Shown here in pieces: positions 28,301 through 40,900 of a stretch of DNA of 64,000 nucleotides (position 1 is the first letter of the stretch; every line of letters starts with the position of its first letter). A program made the translations under genes and the position numbers. Below the pieces are notes generated by a model that ran no database searches, was not told the origin of the DNA, and was given only the letters and a program-made list of their open reading frames with translations. Source of the DNA: the human T2T-CHM13v2.0 reference genome, Homo sapiens; contig CP068257.2 of NCBI GenBank assembly GCA_009914755.4, positions 2,016,001-2,080,000 of the forward strand, written 5' to 3'.

Positions 28301-31300
28301 AGTGGAGTGGAATGGAATGGAGAGCAGTGAAGTGGAATTTAATAGATGTAATGGAATGGAGTGGAATGGAATGGAGTGGTGTGAAATGAAAAGGAATGGA
28401 ATGGAATGGAATGGATTGGAAAAGAATGGAATGGAGGGGAATGGAATGGAATGGAAGGGACTGGAATGGCTTCGAGTGGAGTGTAGTGGAATGGAGTGGA
28501 ATAGAATGGAAAGGAGTGGAATGGAATCGAATGAGTGGAACGGAATGGAATGCAATGGAATGGAATGGAATGGAATGTAGTGGAGCAGAGTGGAATGGAA
28601 TGGAATGGAATATAGAGTAGTGGAATGGAATGGAATGGAATGCAATGGAATGGAATGGAGTGGAATAGAATGGAATGGAATGCAATGGAATGGAATGGAG
28701 TGGAGAGGTATGGAGTGGAGGGGAGTGGATTGGAGTGGAGAGGAATGGAGTGGAATCTTGTTCAATGGAGTGGAATATAATGGAATCAAGTGGAGTGGAA
28801 TGGATTGGAGTGGAGTGGAATGGAGTGGAGTGGAGAGGAATGGAATGGAGTGGAATGCAGTGGAGTGGAGTGGAATGGAGGGCAGTGGAATGGAATGGAT
28901 AGGAGTGGAGTGGAGAGGACTGGACTTGTGTGGAATGGAATGGAATGGAATGGAGTGGGATTGAGAGGAGTGGAGTGGAGTAGAATGGATTGCACTGGAA
29001 TGGAATGGAATGGAATTCAGTTGAATGGAATAGATTGGAATGGAACGGAGTTCAATGGAATGGAGAGTAATGAAGTGGAGTGGAGAGGAGTGGAATGGAA
29101 TGGAGTGGAATGGAGTGGAGTGGAATGGAATAAAGTGGAATGGAGTGGATTGGAACGGAATGGAATGGAATGGATTCAAGTGGTGTGGGTGGAATGGAAT
29201 GAAATGGAATGGAGTGGACAGAAGTGGAGTGGAATGCATTGGAATGGAGTGGCTTCGAATGGTGTCGGTGGAATGGAAGGAAATGAAATGGAGTGAAGTG
29301 GAATGGAGTGGAATGCAATTGTTTGGAGTGGTGTGGAGATAAGTAGAGTGGAGTGAAATGTTGTGGAGTGGAGTGGAATGGAGTAAAATGGAATGGAATG
29401 AAGTGGAGTGGAATGGAATGGAGTGGAATGTAACGGAGTGGATTGGAGAGGAATGGATTGGAGTGGAATCGACTGGAGTGGAATGGAAAGGATTGGAGTG
29501 GACAGGAATGGAATGAAGTGGATTGGAGTGGAGTGGAACAGAATGGAACGGAGTGCAGTGGAGTAGAATGGAATGGAGTGGAACGGAATGGAGTGGAAGA
29601 GAATGGAGTGGGGCAGAGTGGAGTGGACTCGAATGGAATGGAATGGAGTGGAATGGATTGGAACGAAATGGGAAGGAATGGATTGGAGTGGAATAGAATG
29701 GAGTGGGATGGAATGAAGTGGAATGGAATGGAGAGGAGTGGAGAGGAATAGAATGGAGTGAAATACAGTAGAGTGGAATGGAATGGAATGTAGTGGAGAG
29801 GAATGGAATTGAATGGAATGGAATTCAGAGGAATGAAGTGGAGTGGAGTGGAATGGAATGGAATGGAGTAGAATGGAATGGAATGAAATGGAATGGATTG
29901 GAGTGCAGGGGAGCAGAATGCAATGGAAAGGAGTGAAATGGAATGGAATGGAATCTAATGGAAAGGAATGGAATGGAAAGGACTGGAGTTGAAAGGAATT
30001 GAGAGGAATGAAATGGACTAGAATGTCATGGAATGGAATGGAATGTAGTGGATTTCAATGGAATGTAATAGAATAGAGTGGAATGTAGTTGTGTGGAGTG
30101 CAGTGGAATGGAAAGTTGTGGATTGGGGTGGAGGGGAATGGTGTGGAAAGAATGGAGTGCAGTGGAGTGGAATGGAGGGTAGTGGAGTGGAATGGAAAGG
30201 AATAGAATCGAAACGAATTGAATGGAATGGAATGCAGAAGACAGGAGTGGAGTGGAATTGATTGGAGTGGAATGTAGCGGAGTGGAGTGGATTGGAATGG
30301 AATGCAAAGGAATGGAATGGAAACGAGTACAATGGAATGGAAAGGAACGGAATGAAGTGGGGTGGAGTGGAATGGAATGGAGTGGAATGCAGTTGAGTAA
30401 AGTGGATTGGAATGGAATGTAGTGGAATGGAATGGAATGGAGTAGCATAGAATGAAATGGAATGGAGTGGGGTGGAGTGGAGTGGAATTGACTGGAGTGG
30501 TATAGAATGCAATGGAATGGAGAGGAGGGCAGTGGAGTGGAGTGGGGTCAAGTGGAATAGAATGGAATGGAGACGAATTGAATGGATTGACTTGAATGGA
30601 GTGGAATAAAGTCCAGTGGAATGGAAAGGAGAGGAATGGGAAGGAGTGGAATGGATTGGAGAGGAGTGGAGTACATTGGAATGGAGTGGAATGGAGTGAA
30701 GTGCAATGGAATGGAATGGAATGAGTGGAGTGGAATGGAATGGAGTGGAACGGAGTGGAGGGGAATGGAATGGAGTGGAAAGGAATGGAGTGGAATGGAT
30801 TGGAGTGGAGTGGAGTCGAATGGAATGGAGTGAAATGGAGTGGAGCGTAATTGAATGGAAAGGTGTGGAGTTGAGTGGAATGGAAAGGACTGGAATGCAA
30901 TGGAGTGGAATGGATTGAAGTGGAATGGAATGGAGTGGAGTGGAGAGGAATGGAATGGAGTGGAATGCAGTGGAGTGGAGTGGAATGGAGTGGAGTGGAA
31001 TGGAATGGAGTGATATGGAATGGAGTGGAATGGAATGGCATCGAATGGAATGAAATAGAAGGGAATGGAATGGAATGGAACGGAATGGAGTGGAGCGGAA
31101 TGGAATGGAATGGAATGCAATGGAATGGAGTGGAGTGGAATGGAATGGAATGCAAAGGAATGGACTGGAACGGAGTGGAGTGGAGCGGAATGTAATGGAG
31201 ACGATTGGGGTAGAAAGGAACGGAATGGAATGGAGTGGAGTGGAATGGAGTTGAGTGGATTGCAATGGAAAGGAATGGAATGGAGTGATATGGAATGGTG

Positions 31301-34300
31301 AGGAAGGGAGTGGATTGGAAAGGAATGGAGAGCAACGAATTGGAGTGGAGTGGATTGGAATGGAATGTAGAGGAACTGAACGGAAAGGAGTGGATTGAAA
31401 TGGAATGGAATGGAACAGAATGGAAAGGAACATAAAGAAATGGAATGGAATGCAATGGAGTGGGGTGGAGGTTAATGGAATAGAGTGGAGAGGAATAGAA
31501 TGGAATGGAAAAGAATGTCACAGAGTAGAGTGGAGTGAGGACGACTGGATGGTAATTGAAAGGAATGGAATGGAACGGAGTTGAATGGAATGGAGAGGAA
31601 TGCAATGGAATGGAGTGGAATGGAATGGAGTGGAGTGGAGTGGAGTTGAATAGAATGTACTGGAATGGCATGGAATGGAATGGAATGGAATGGAGTGGAG
31701 TGGAATGGAGTGGAGGGGAGACAAACGGAATGGAATGGAATGGAGGGGAGGGGAGTGAAGTGGAATGTAAACCAGTGGGATGTAGTGGAGTGAAGTGGAT
31801 TGGAATGGAATATAGTGGAATTGAATGGAATGGAGTGGAATGCAATTTACCGAAATGGAAAGGAACGGAATGGAGTAAAGTTGAGTGGAATGGAATTGAG
31901 TGGAGTGGTATGGAATGGAATGGAATGGAATGGAATGGAGTGTAGTGGAGTGAAGTGGGTTCGACTGGAATGGAATTGAACGGAATGGAATGGAATTTAA
32001 TGGAATGGAATGGAATGGAATGGAATGGAAATGAATACAATGCGATGGGGGGGAGTGGAATGGAATGGAAAGGAAAGGATTGGAATGGAATGAAGTGCAA
32101 TGTAATGGCATGAAATAGAATGGAATGGAATGGAGTGGAATGGAGTGGAGTAGAATGGAATGGAGCGGAATGGATTGAAGTGGAGTGGAATGCAATGGAG
32201 TGGAATGGAGTGGAGAGAAACGGAACGGAATGGATTCCTGTGGAAAGAATGAATTGGAATGCATTGGAGTGGATTGGAGAGGAATGGAGTGGAGGGCAAT
32301 GGAAACGAGAGGAATGGAACAGAGTGGAATGGAGTTGAGTGGAGTGGGATAGATTGGAGTGTAATGGAGTTTAGTGGAGAGGAATGGAATAGAGTGGAAT
32401 GGAGTTGGATAGATTGGAATGGAATGGAATGCAATCGAATGGATTGGAATGGAATGGAATGGAATGGAAATGAGTGGAGTGGAGTGAAATGGAATGCAGT
32501 TCAATGGAGGGGAGAGAAATGGAAAGGAATGGAATGGAATGAGGCGGTGTGAAATGAAATGCAGTGGAATTGAATAGAGTGGAATGGAATGGATTGGAGG
32601 GGATTGGAATGGAATGGAGTTGAATGGAATATAGTGTAATGGAATGCAGTGGAATAGAGTGGAATGTAATATAACGGTGTGTAGTGGAATGGAATGCAAT
32701 GGAATGAAATGGAATGAAATAAAAAGGAATGGAACTAAGTGTAGTGGAGTGGAATGTAATTGAGTGGAGTGGAATGGAATAAATTGGAATGGAATGCATT
32801 GGAGTGGAGTGGAGGTGAGTGGAAGGGAATGGATCGGAATGGAACGGACGGGAATGGATTGGAATGGAATGGAGGGGAATGGAATGGCATGGAATGGATT
32901 TGAATGTAATGGAGGGGAAAGAAATTGAGTGGAATTGAGTGGTGTGGAGTGAAGTGGAGTGTAGAGGAGTCGAGTGGATGGGACTGGAATGGAATGGAGT
33001 GGAAAGGTGTGGAGTGGAAAGGAATGGAATGGAATGGAGTCGTGTGGAATTGAGTGGAAAGGAATGGCATGGAATGCAATGGAGAGGAGTGGTGCAGTGT
33101 TGAATGGAATGGAGGGGACAGGAATGGAATGAAATGGAATTGAATTCAATGGAATGGAATGGAATGGAGAGGCTGGGAGTTTAGTGGAATGGAATGGAGT
33201 TGAATGGAATGGAATGGAATTGAGTGGAGTGGAATGGAATGGAATAGATTGGAATTTAATGGATTGGACGGGAGTGGAATGGATTTGAGTGGAGTGAAGT
33301 GGAATTGACTGGAATGGAATGGAGCGGAAAGCAGTGGAGTGGAGTGGAATGGAGTGGAGTGAAGTTGAATGAAAGAATGGAATGGAATGGAGTGGAGTGG
33401 AATGGAATGGAACGGAATGGTGTGGAGTGTAATGGAATAGAATGGAATGCAGTGGAATTGAAAGGAATGGAATGGAATGGAATGGAATGGAATGGAATGG
33501 AATGGAATGCAGTGAAATGAAGTGGAGTGGAGTGGAGTGGAATGGAATGGAGAGCAGTGAAGTGGAATTTAATAGAAAGCAATGGAATGGAATGGAATGG
33601 AATGGAATGGAAGGGAGTGGAATGGAGTGGAATGGAATGGAATGGTGTGAAATGAAAAGGAATGGAATGGAATAGAATGGATTGGGAAAGAATGGAATGG
33701 AGTGCACTGGCATGGAATGGAGTGGAATGGAGTGGAGTGGAGAGGAGTGGAACGGAGTGGAATAGACTGGAATGGAGTGGAATGGAATGGAATGAGTGGA
33801 ACGGAATGGAATGCAATGGAATGGAATGGAATGGAATGTAGTGGAGCAGAGGGGAATGGAACGGAATGTAGAGGATGGGAATGGAATGGAATGTAATGCA
33901 ATGGATTGGAATGGAGTTGAATGGAATTGAATGAAATGGAATGGAGTGGAGAGGTATGGACTGGAGGGGAGTAGATTGAAGTGGAGAGGAATGGAGTGGA
34001 ATTGTGTGGAATGGAGTGGAATATAATGGAATCGATTGGAGTGGTATGGAAAGGGGTGGAGTGGAATGGAATGGAGTGGAGTGGAATGTAATGGACTGGA
34101 ATAAAATGGAGAGAAATGGAGTGGAGCAGAATGGAATAGAATGGAGTGAAATGGCATGGAGTGGAATAGAGTGGAGTTGAATGGAATTGAATGGAATTGA
34201 GTGGAGTTGAGAGGAGTGGAGTGGAGTGGAATGGACTGCACTGGAATGAAATGGCATGGAATTCAGTTGAATGGAATAGAATGGAATGGAATGGAGAGGA

Positions 34301-35300
34301 ATGGAAGGGAGAGTAATGAAGTGGATTGGAGAGGAGTGGAATGGAATGGAGTGGAATGGATTGGAGTGCAATGTAGTGGAATAGAATAGGGTGGAAAAGA
34401 GTGGATTGGAATGGAATGGTGTGGATTCGAGTGGTATGGGTGGAATGGAATGAAATGGAATGTAGTGGAGTGGATTGGAGTGGAGTGGAATGGAATGGAA
34501 TGGAGTGGATTCTAATGGAGTGGGTGGAATGGAATGAAATGAAATGGTGTGGAGTGGAGTGGAATGCAATTGTTTGGAGTGGTGTGGAGAGGAGTAGAGT
34601 GGAGTTAACTTTTGTGGAGTGGAGTGGAATGGAGTAAAATGGAATGGAGGGGAGTGGAATGGAATGGAGTGGAATAGAACGGAGTGTAATGGAGAGGAGA
34701 GGAATGGAATGGAGTGGAAAGGAGTGGAATGGAATGAAATGGACAGTAATAGAATGAAATGGAAAGCTATGTGATGAAATGGAATGGAGTGTATTTGAAT
34801 GGAAGGGAATGAATTGGAATGGAGTGGCGGAGAGTGGAGTAGTGTAGAGGGGAGTCGAAAGGAATGGAATGGAATGGAATGGAATGGAATGGAGTGTAAT
34901 GGATTGAAGTGGAATGGAATTTAATGGAAAGGAGTGGAGGAGAATGGAATGGAATGGAATGGAAAGGAATGGTGGGGAGTGGAATGGAATTGAAGGGAAT
35001 AAAATGTAATGGAGCGGAGTGGAATTGAGTGAAGTGGAATGGAATGGAGTGTAAATGAGTGGAATAGAATGGAATGGAATGGAGTGGAGTGGAGAGAAAG
35101 GAGTAGAGTGCAGTGGAATTGAGTGGAGTAGAATGGAGTCGAATGGAGTGGAATGGAGTGAAATTGAATGGAATCGATTGTAGTGGAATGGAGTGGAGTA
35201 GAATGGAAGGGAGGGGAGTGGAATGAAGTGGACTGGAATGGAACGGAATGTAAAGAAATGGACTGGAATAGAACGAAATGTAAAGAAATGAAGTGAAGTG
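22400..35300 (+). repeat. Multi-kb higher-order repeat (HOR) copies of the pentameric satellite (units ~4.4-5.6 kb; partial copy ~22.4-23.8 kb, fuller copies ~25.6-30.0 kb and ~30.0-35.3 kb)
   Basis: Shared rare anchor motifs recur in the same order. ATGCAGAAGAGAGGA(G/A)TG block at ~22,620 / 25,850 / 30,240. (A/T)CGACTGGATGGTAATTGAAAGG at 26,700 / 31,545. GGATTCCTGTGGAAAG at 27,435 / 32,232. ATTGAGAGGAGTGGAGTGGAGT.GAATGGA(T/C)TGCACTGG at 23,320 / 28,975 / 34,215. GTGAAATGTTGTGGAGTGG at 23,705 / 29,355 (degenerate in the third copy). Homologous peptides appear in ORFs 28233..28580 vs 33442..33675 and 25636..26019 vs 30058..30261. Confidence 0.7.
26300..26580 (+). repeat. Nested short tandem duplications (30-bp x2 then 85-bp x2)
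   Basis: GGAGTGGAACGGAGT(A/G)GAGTGAAATGGAATGG occurs at 26,345 and 26,375. TGGAACGGAATGGAGTGGAATTGATTGGAGTGTAGTGGAGTGGAATGGAAAGGAATGAAA(C/T)GGAGTGGAGCGTAATGG occurs at 26,406 and 26,491. Confidence 0.8.
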
Positions 35301-35899
35301 GAATGGATAGGAGGGGAGTGGAGTGGAATGGTATGCAGTGGAAAGCAGTTGAGGGGAGTGGATTGGGAAGGAATATAGTGGAAGGGAATGGAATGGAGTG
35401 GAATGGAATGGAATGGAGTGGAAAGGAATGGAATGGAAGGGACTGGAATGGAATGAAATCGAATGGAATGGAATGGAGAGGTTTGGAGTGGAACGGAATT
35501 GAGTGGAGTGGAATAGAATGGAATGGAATGGAATGGAATGGAATGGAATCGAGCAGAGTGGAGTGGGGTCGACTGGAATGGAATGGAACGGAGTGGAGTG
35601 GAATGGAATTGAATTTAATGGAAAGGAATGGAATGGAATGGAATGGAATGGCATGGAATTTAATGCAGTGGAATGGAATGGAATGCAGTGGAGTGGATTG
35701 GAATGGAATGGAGTGGAATGGAATAGAGTGCATTGGAATGGAATGGAATTGACTGGAATTGAGTGGAGGGGAATGGAGTGCAATGGAGTGAGGTGGAAAG
35801 GAATAGAATTCAATGCAATGGAATGGAATGGTATGGAACGGAATGGAAAGGAACAGGATGGAATGGAAGGGAGTGGTGTGGAGTGGAATGGAATTGAGT

Positions 35900-37985
35900 G
35901 GAGTGGAATGGAATGGAATGGAATGGAATGGAATGGAATGGAACGGAATTCCATGGAATGGAATGGAGTGGAATTCCATGGAATGGAATGGAATGGAATG
36001 GAACGGAATTCCATGGAATGGAATGGAATGGAATGGAACGGAATTCCATGGAATGGAATGGAATGGAACGGAATTCCATGGAATAGAATGGAATGGAATG
36101 GAATGGAATGGAACGGAATTCCATGGAATGGAATGGAACGGAATTCCATGGAATGGAATGGAACGGAACGGAATTCCATAGAATGGAATGGAACGGAACG
36201 GAATTCCATTAAATGGAATGAAATGGAACGGAACGGAATTCCATTAAATGGAATGGAATGGAACGGAACGGAATTCCATTAAATGGAATGGAATGGAACG
36301 GAACGGAATTCCATTAAATGGAATGGAATGGAACGGAACGGAATTCCATTAAATGGAATGGAATGGAACGGAACGGAATTCCATTAAATGGAATGGAATG
36401 GAACGGAACGGAATTCCATTAAATGGAATGGAATGGAATGGAATGGAATTCCATTAAATGGAATGGAATGGAATTCCATTAAATGGAATGGAATGGAATG
36501 GAATGGAATGGAATTCCATTAAATGGAATGGAATGGAATGGAATTCCATTAAATGGAATGGAATGGAATGGAATGGAATTCCATTAAATGGAATGGAATG
36601 GAATGGAATGGAATGGAATTCCATTAAATGGAATGGAATGGAATGGAATGGAATTCCATTAAATGGAATGGAATGGAATGGAATGGAATGGAATTCCATT
36701 AAATGGAATGGAATGGAATGGAATGGAATGGAATGGAATGGAATTCCATTAAATGGAATGGAATGGAATGGAATGGAATGGAATGGAATGGAATGGAATG
36801 GAATGGAATGGAATGGAATTCCATTAAATGAATGGAATGGAATTCCATTAAATGGAATGGAATGGAATGGAATGGAATTCCATTAAATGGAATGGAATGG
36901 AATGGAATGGAATTCCATTAAATGGAATGGAATGGAATGGAATGGAATTCCATTAAATGGAATGGAATGGAATGGAATGGAATTCCATTAAATGGAATGG
37001 AATTCCATTAAATGGAATGGAATGGAATGGAATGGAATTCCATTAAATGGAATGGAATGGAATGGAATGGAATGGAATGGAATGGAATTCCATTAAATGG
37101 AATGGAATGGAATGGAATGGAATGGAATGGAATGGAATGGAATGGAATTCCATGGAAAGGAATGGAATGGAATTCCATGGAAAGAAATGGAATGGAATGG
37201 AATTCCATGGAAAGGAATGGAATGGAATTCCATGGAAAGGAATGGAATGGAATTCCATGGAAAGGAATGGAATGGAATTCCATGGAAAGGAATGGAATTC
37301 CATGGAATTCCATGGAAAGGAATGGAATGGAATGGAATTCCATGGAAAGGAATGGAATGGAATGGAATTCCATGGAAAGGAATGGAATGGAATGGAATTC
37401 CATGGAAAGGAATGGAATGGAATGGAATTCCATGGAAAGGAATGGAATGGAATGGAATGGAATTCCATGGAAAGGAATGGAATGGAATGGAATGGAATTC
37501 CATGGAAAGGAATGGAATGGAATGGAATGGAATGGAATGGAATGGAATGGAATGGAATGGAATTCCATGGAATGGAATGGAATTCCATGGAATGGAATGG
37601 AATGGAATGGAATGGAATGGAATGGAATGGAATTCCATGGAATGGAATGGAATTCCATGGAAAGGAATTCCATGGAATGGAATTCCATGGAAAGGAATGG
37701 AATGGAATGGAATGGAATTCCATGGAAAGGAATGGAATGGAATGGAATGGAATTCCATGGAAAGGAATGGAATGGAATTCCATGGAAAGGAATGGAATGG
37801 AATTCCATGGAATGGGATTCCATGGAAAGGAATGGAATGGAATTCCATGGAATGGAATCGAATGGAATGGAATGGAATGGAATACCAAGGAATGGAATGG
37901 AATGGAATGGAATTCCAAGGAAAGGAATGGAATGGAATGGAATGGAATGGAATGGAATTCCAAGGAAAGGAATGGAATGGAATGG
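35900..37985 (+). repeat. Homogeneous GGAATTCC-palindrome-bearing sub-array (domain B): (GGAAT)n punctuated by GGAACGGAATTCCATGG, GGAATTCCATTAAATGG and GGAATTCCATGGAAAGG units
   Basis: There is an abrupt drop in divergence. ggaattcc recurs about 60 times, spaced at multiples of 5 bp (20-130 bp). Sub-blocks are 35,944-36,180 (AACGGAATTCCATGG), 36,201-37,100 (AATTCCATTAAATGG), 37,140-37,860 (GGAATTCCATGGAAAGG) and 37,870-37,980 (GGAAT[AT]CCAAGGAA[AT]GG). Both flanks return to diverged GGAGT-rich sequence. Confidence 0.9.
36201..36450 (+). repeat. Perfect 35-bp periodic block x7 (GAATTCCATTAAATGGAATGGAATGGAACGGAACG)
   Basis: gaattccatt starts at 36,201; 36,236; 36,271; 36,306; 36,341; 36,376; 36,411; 36,446. 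Spacing is exactly 35 bp with near-identical units. Confidence 0.9.
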
Positions 37986-40900
37986 AATAAAATGCAATGC
38001 AGTTGAAAGGAATGGAATGGAGTACACTGCAATGGAATGCAATGCAATGGAATTGAATGAAACGGAATGGAATGACATGGAAAGGAGTTGATTGGAATGG
38101 AATGCAGTGGAGTGGATTGGAATGAAATGGAGTGAAATGGAATCGATTGGAGTAGAATGGAACGGAATGGAATGGAGTGGAATGGAGTGGAATGCAATGG
38201 AATGGAATGGAGTGAAGTGGAATGGAAAGGAATTAAATGGAATGGAATGGAATGGAAAGTAATTGAACGAAATTGAATAGAAGTGAGTGGTGTGGAAAGG
38301 AATGGATTCGAGTGGAGAGTAATGGAATGGAATAGAATGGAATGGAATAGAGTGGACTGGAATGGAATGGAGTGGAGTGGAGTGATAAGGAATGGAGTAC
38401 AATGGAATGAGTTGGAGTGAAGTGGAATGGAATGGAGTGGAATGGAGTGGAGTGGAATGGAATGAAGTGGAATGGAATGGAGTGGAATGGAGTGGAATTG
38501 TATGGAGTGGAGTGGAGTGGAGCGGAATGGAATGGAATGGATTGGAATAGAATAAAATGAAATTCAAAGGAATGGATTGGAGTGGAATGGAATGGAGTGG
38601 GATGGAATGCAGTGGAAGGCAGTGGAGTGGAGTGGAGTGGAATAGAATGGAGTGGAATACAGTGAAGTGGAAAGGAATGGAGTGGCATGGAATGGAATGG
38701 AGTGGAATGGAGTGGAGTGGAGTGGAGTGCAGTGGAATGGAATGGTGTTTAGTGGAGTGGAGTGGAATGGAGTGGAATGCAACAGAGTGGAAAGGAGTGG
38801 AGAGGAATGGAATGGAAAGGTGGTGAGTGGAGTGGAATGGAATGGAGAGGAATGGAATAGAGTGGAATGGAATGGAGTGCAGTGGAGTGGAATGGAAAGG
38901 AGTGGAATGGAGTGGAGTGGAGTGGAATTGAGTGGTATGGAACTGCGTGGAATGCAATGGAATGGAATGGAATGGAATGGAATGGAATGATGTGGAATGG
39001 AATGGAATGGAATGGAGTTTGAAAAGAATGGAATGGAATGGAATGGAATGGAATGGAATGGAATTGAATGGAATGGAATAGAATGGAATGGAGCAGAGAG
39101 GAATGGAAAGGAATGGAATGCAATGGACTGGAATGGAGCGGAGTGGAGTGGAATGGAATAGAATGGAGTGGAGTGCCGTGGAATTGAACGGAATGGAGTG
39201 GAGTGGAATGGAGTGCAGTGGAATGGCGTCGAGTGGAGTGGAATGGAATGGAATGGAATGGAATGGAATGGAATGGAATGGAATGAATTGGAGAGGAAGG
39301 GAGTGGAGTGGAATGGAATGGATTGGAATGCAGTGGAGTGGAATGGATAGGAATGGAATGTAGATGAACGGAATGGAAAGGAGTGGAATGCAAAGATTGG
39401 AATGGAATGGAATGGAATGGGAAGAAATGGAATGGAATGGAATGGAAAGAAATGGAATGGAATGCAATGGAGTGTGGTCGAGAGGTTTGGAATTGAATGG
39501 AGTGGAATAGAATGGAATGGAATGGAATATAGTGGAGTGGAGTGGCTTCGAGTCATTGGTAATTGAAAGTAATGGAATGGAATGGAATGAAATGAAATGC
39601 TGTGCAGAGGAAAGCAACGGAATGGAGTGTCGTGCAATGGAGTGGAATGAGGTGGAATGGAATGTATTGGAATCGCATGGAATAGAATCGAGTGGAATGG
39701 AATGGAGTGGAATGGCGTGAAACGGAATGAAATGGAGTGGAGAGTAGGGGATTGGAGTGGAATGGAAATTAGTGGAAAGAAGTGTAGTGGAGTGGATTGG
39801 AATGGAATGTGCTGGAGTTGAATGGAATGGAATGGAATAGAATGGAAACGAATCAAATGGAACGAAAAGGAGAGAATGGAATGGAGTGAAGTGGAGTTGA
39901 ATGGAATTGAGAGGAGTGGAATGGAATGGAATGAAATGGAGTGGAGTGGAATTAAGTGGTGTCAAGTGAAATGGAATATAACCGAATGGTATGGAATTTA
40001 ATGGAATTGGATGGAATGGAATGGAATGGAAAGGAATAGAATGCTATGGACTGGAGTGAAGTGGAGTGGAATGGACCCGAAAGGAATGGAATGGAATGAA
40101 GTGGAATGGAGTGGAATTGATTGGTGCGGAGCAGAAAGCAAAGGAGTGAAATGGAGAGGAGTGGAACGGAAGGGAATAGATTCTTGAGGAATGGAATGAA
40201 ATGGAATGGATTGGAGTAGAATGGAGTGTAATCGAGTGGAGTGCAATGGAAAGGATTGGAATGGAATGGAGTGCAAAGGAGTTCAGTGGAGTGGCATAGA
40301 TTGGAGTGGAATGGAGTTAATTGGAGTGGAATGGAATGGACTGTAATGGAGTTGAATGGAGTGGAATGGAATGGAATGGAATGGAATGGAGTGGAGTGGA
40401 GTGCAATCGAGTGTATTGGAATGGAATAGAAGGGAATGGAGGGGAATGGAGTGGAATAGAATGGAAATGAGGAGAGTGGAGTGAAATGAAATGGAGTGGA
40501 ATAGAGTGGATTGGAAAGGAATGTAATGGAATAGTGTGTTGCGGAATGAAATGGAGTGGAATGGAATGCAGTGGAATGGAATGGAGTGAAGTGGATTGGA
40601 ACGGAATGGAGTGGAATTGAATAGATTAGAAAGGAGAGGAACGGAGTGTAGTGGAGTGGAACTGAATGGAATGGAATGGAATGAAAAGGGAAGGAATGGA
40701 ATGCAGTGGAGTGGAGTGGAATGGAATTAACGGGAGTGGAATAAAATGCAATGGAATGGAAAGCAATGGAGTGGAATGGAGTGGAGTGGAGTGGATGGGA
40801 ATGGACCGGAATGGAACGGAAATGAATGGAGTGGAATGGAATGCAGAGGAAAGTAATGGAATGGAATGGAGTGGAATAGAATGGAGACGAATGTAATGGA

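Larger units (their letters stand above)
1..35899 (+). repeat. Diverged pentameric (GGAAT)n / (GGAGT)n satellite array, HSat3-like (domain A)
   Basis: Essentially every 5 bp is GGAAT or a 1-nt variant (GGAGT, GCAGT, GGAAC, TGAAT...). The G-rich strand is on + throughout. CGAATGG/TCGAGTGG variants occur occasionally. There is no CATCATC motif typical of HSat2. All six reading frames are open by construction. Confidence 0.9.

Noticed and set aside
1-35899. Assignment of the diverged domains to satellite II (HSat2)
   Set aside because: HSat2 is dominated by ATTCCATTCG-derived units, with frequent CGAATGGAATCATCATCGAATGG-type words on this strand. CATCATC-like words are essentially absent and CGAATGG is only occasional, so the domains fit a diverged HSat3-type pentamer array better. 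This cannot be settled without a database comparison.
36201-36450. Regularly spaced 35-bp repeats that superficially resemble a CRISPR array
   Set aside because: The material between the repeated cores is itself the same pentamer repeat (no unique spacers). The whole context is eukaryotic satellite and there is no leader or cas-like coding sequence. This is a tandem HOR, not CRISPR.
35944-37950. GGAATTCC as an NF-kB-like (GGGAATTCCC) site or GAA/TTC arrangement as a heat-shock element
   Set aside because: The flanking G/C required for a kappaB site is absent (tGGAATTCCa). GAATTC has zero spacer between GAA and TTC, and TTCCATGGAA has a 4-nt spacer, so neither fits nGAAnnTTCn. The motif is better explained as a pentamer micro-inversion. 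Any factor binding would be speculative.
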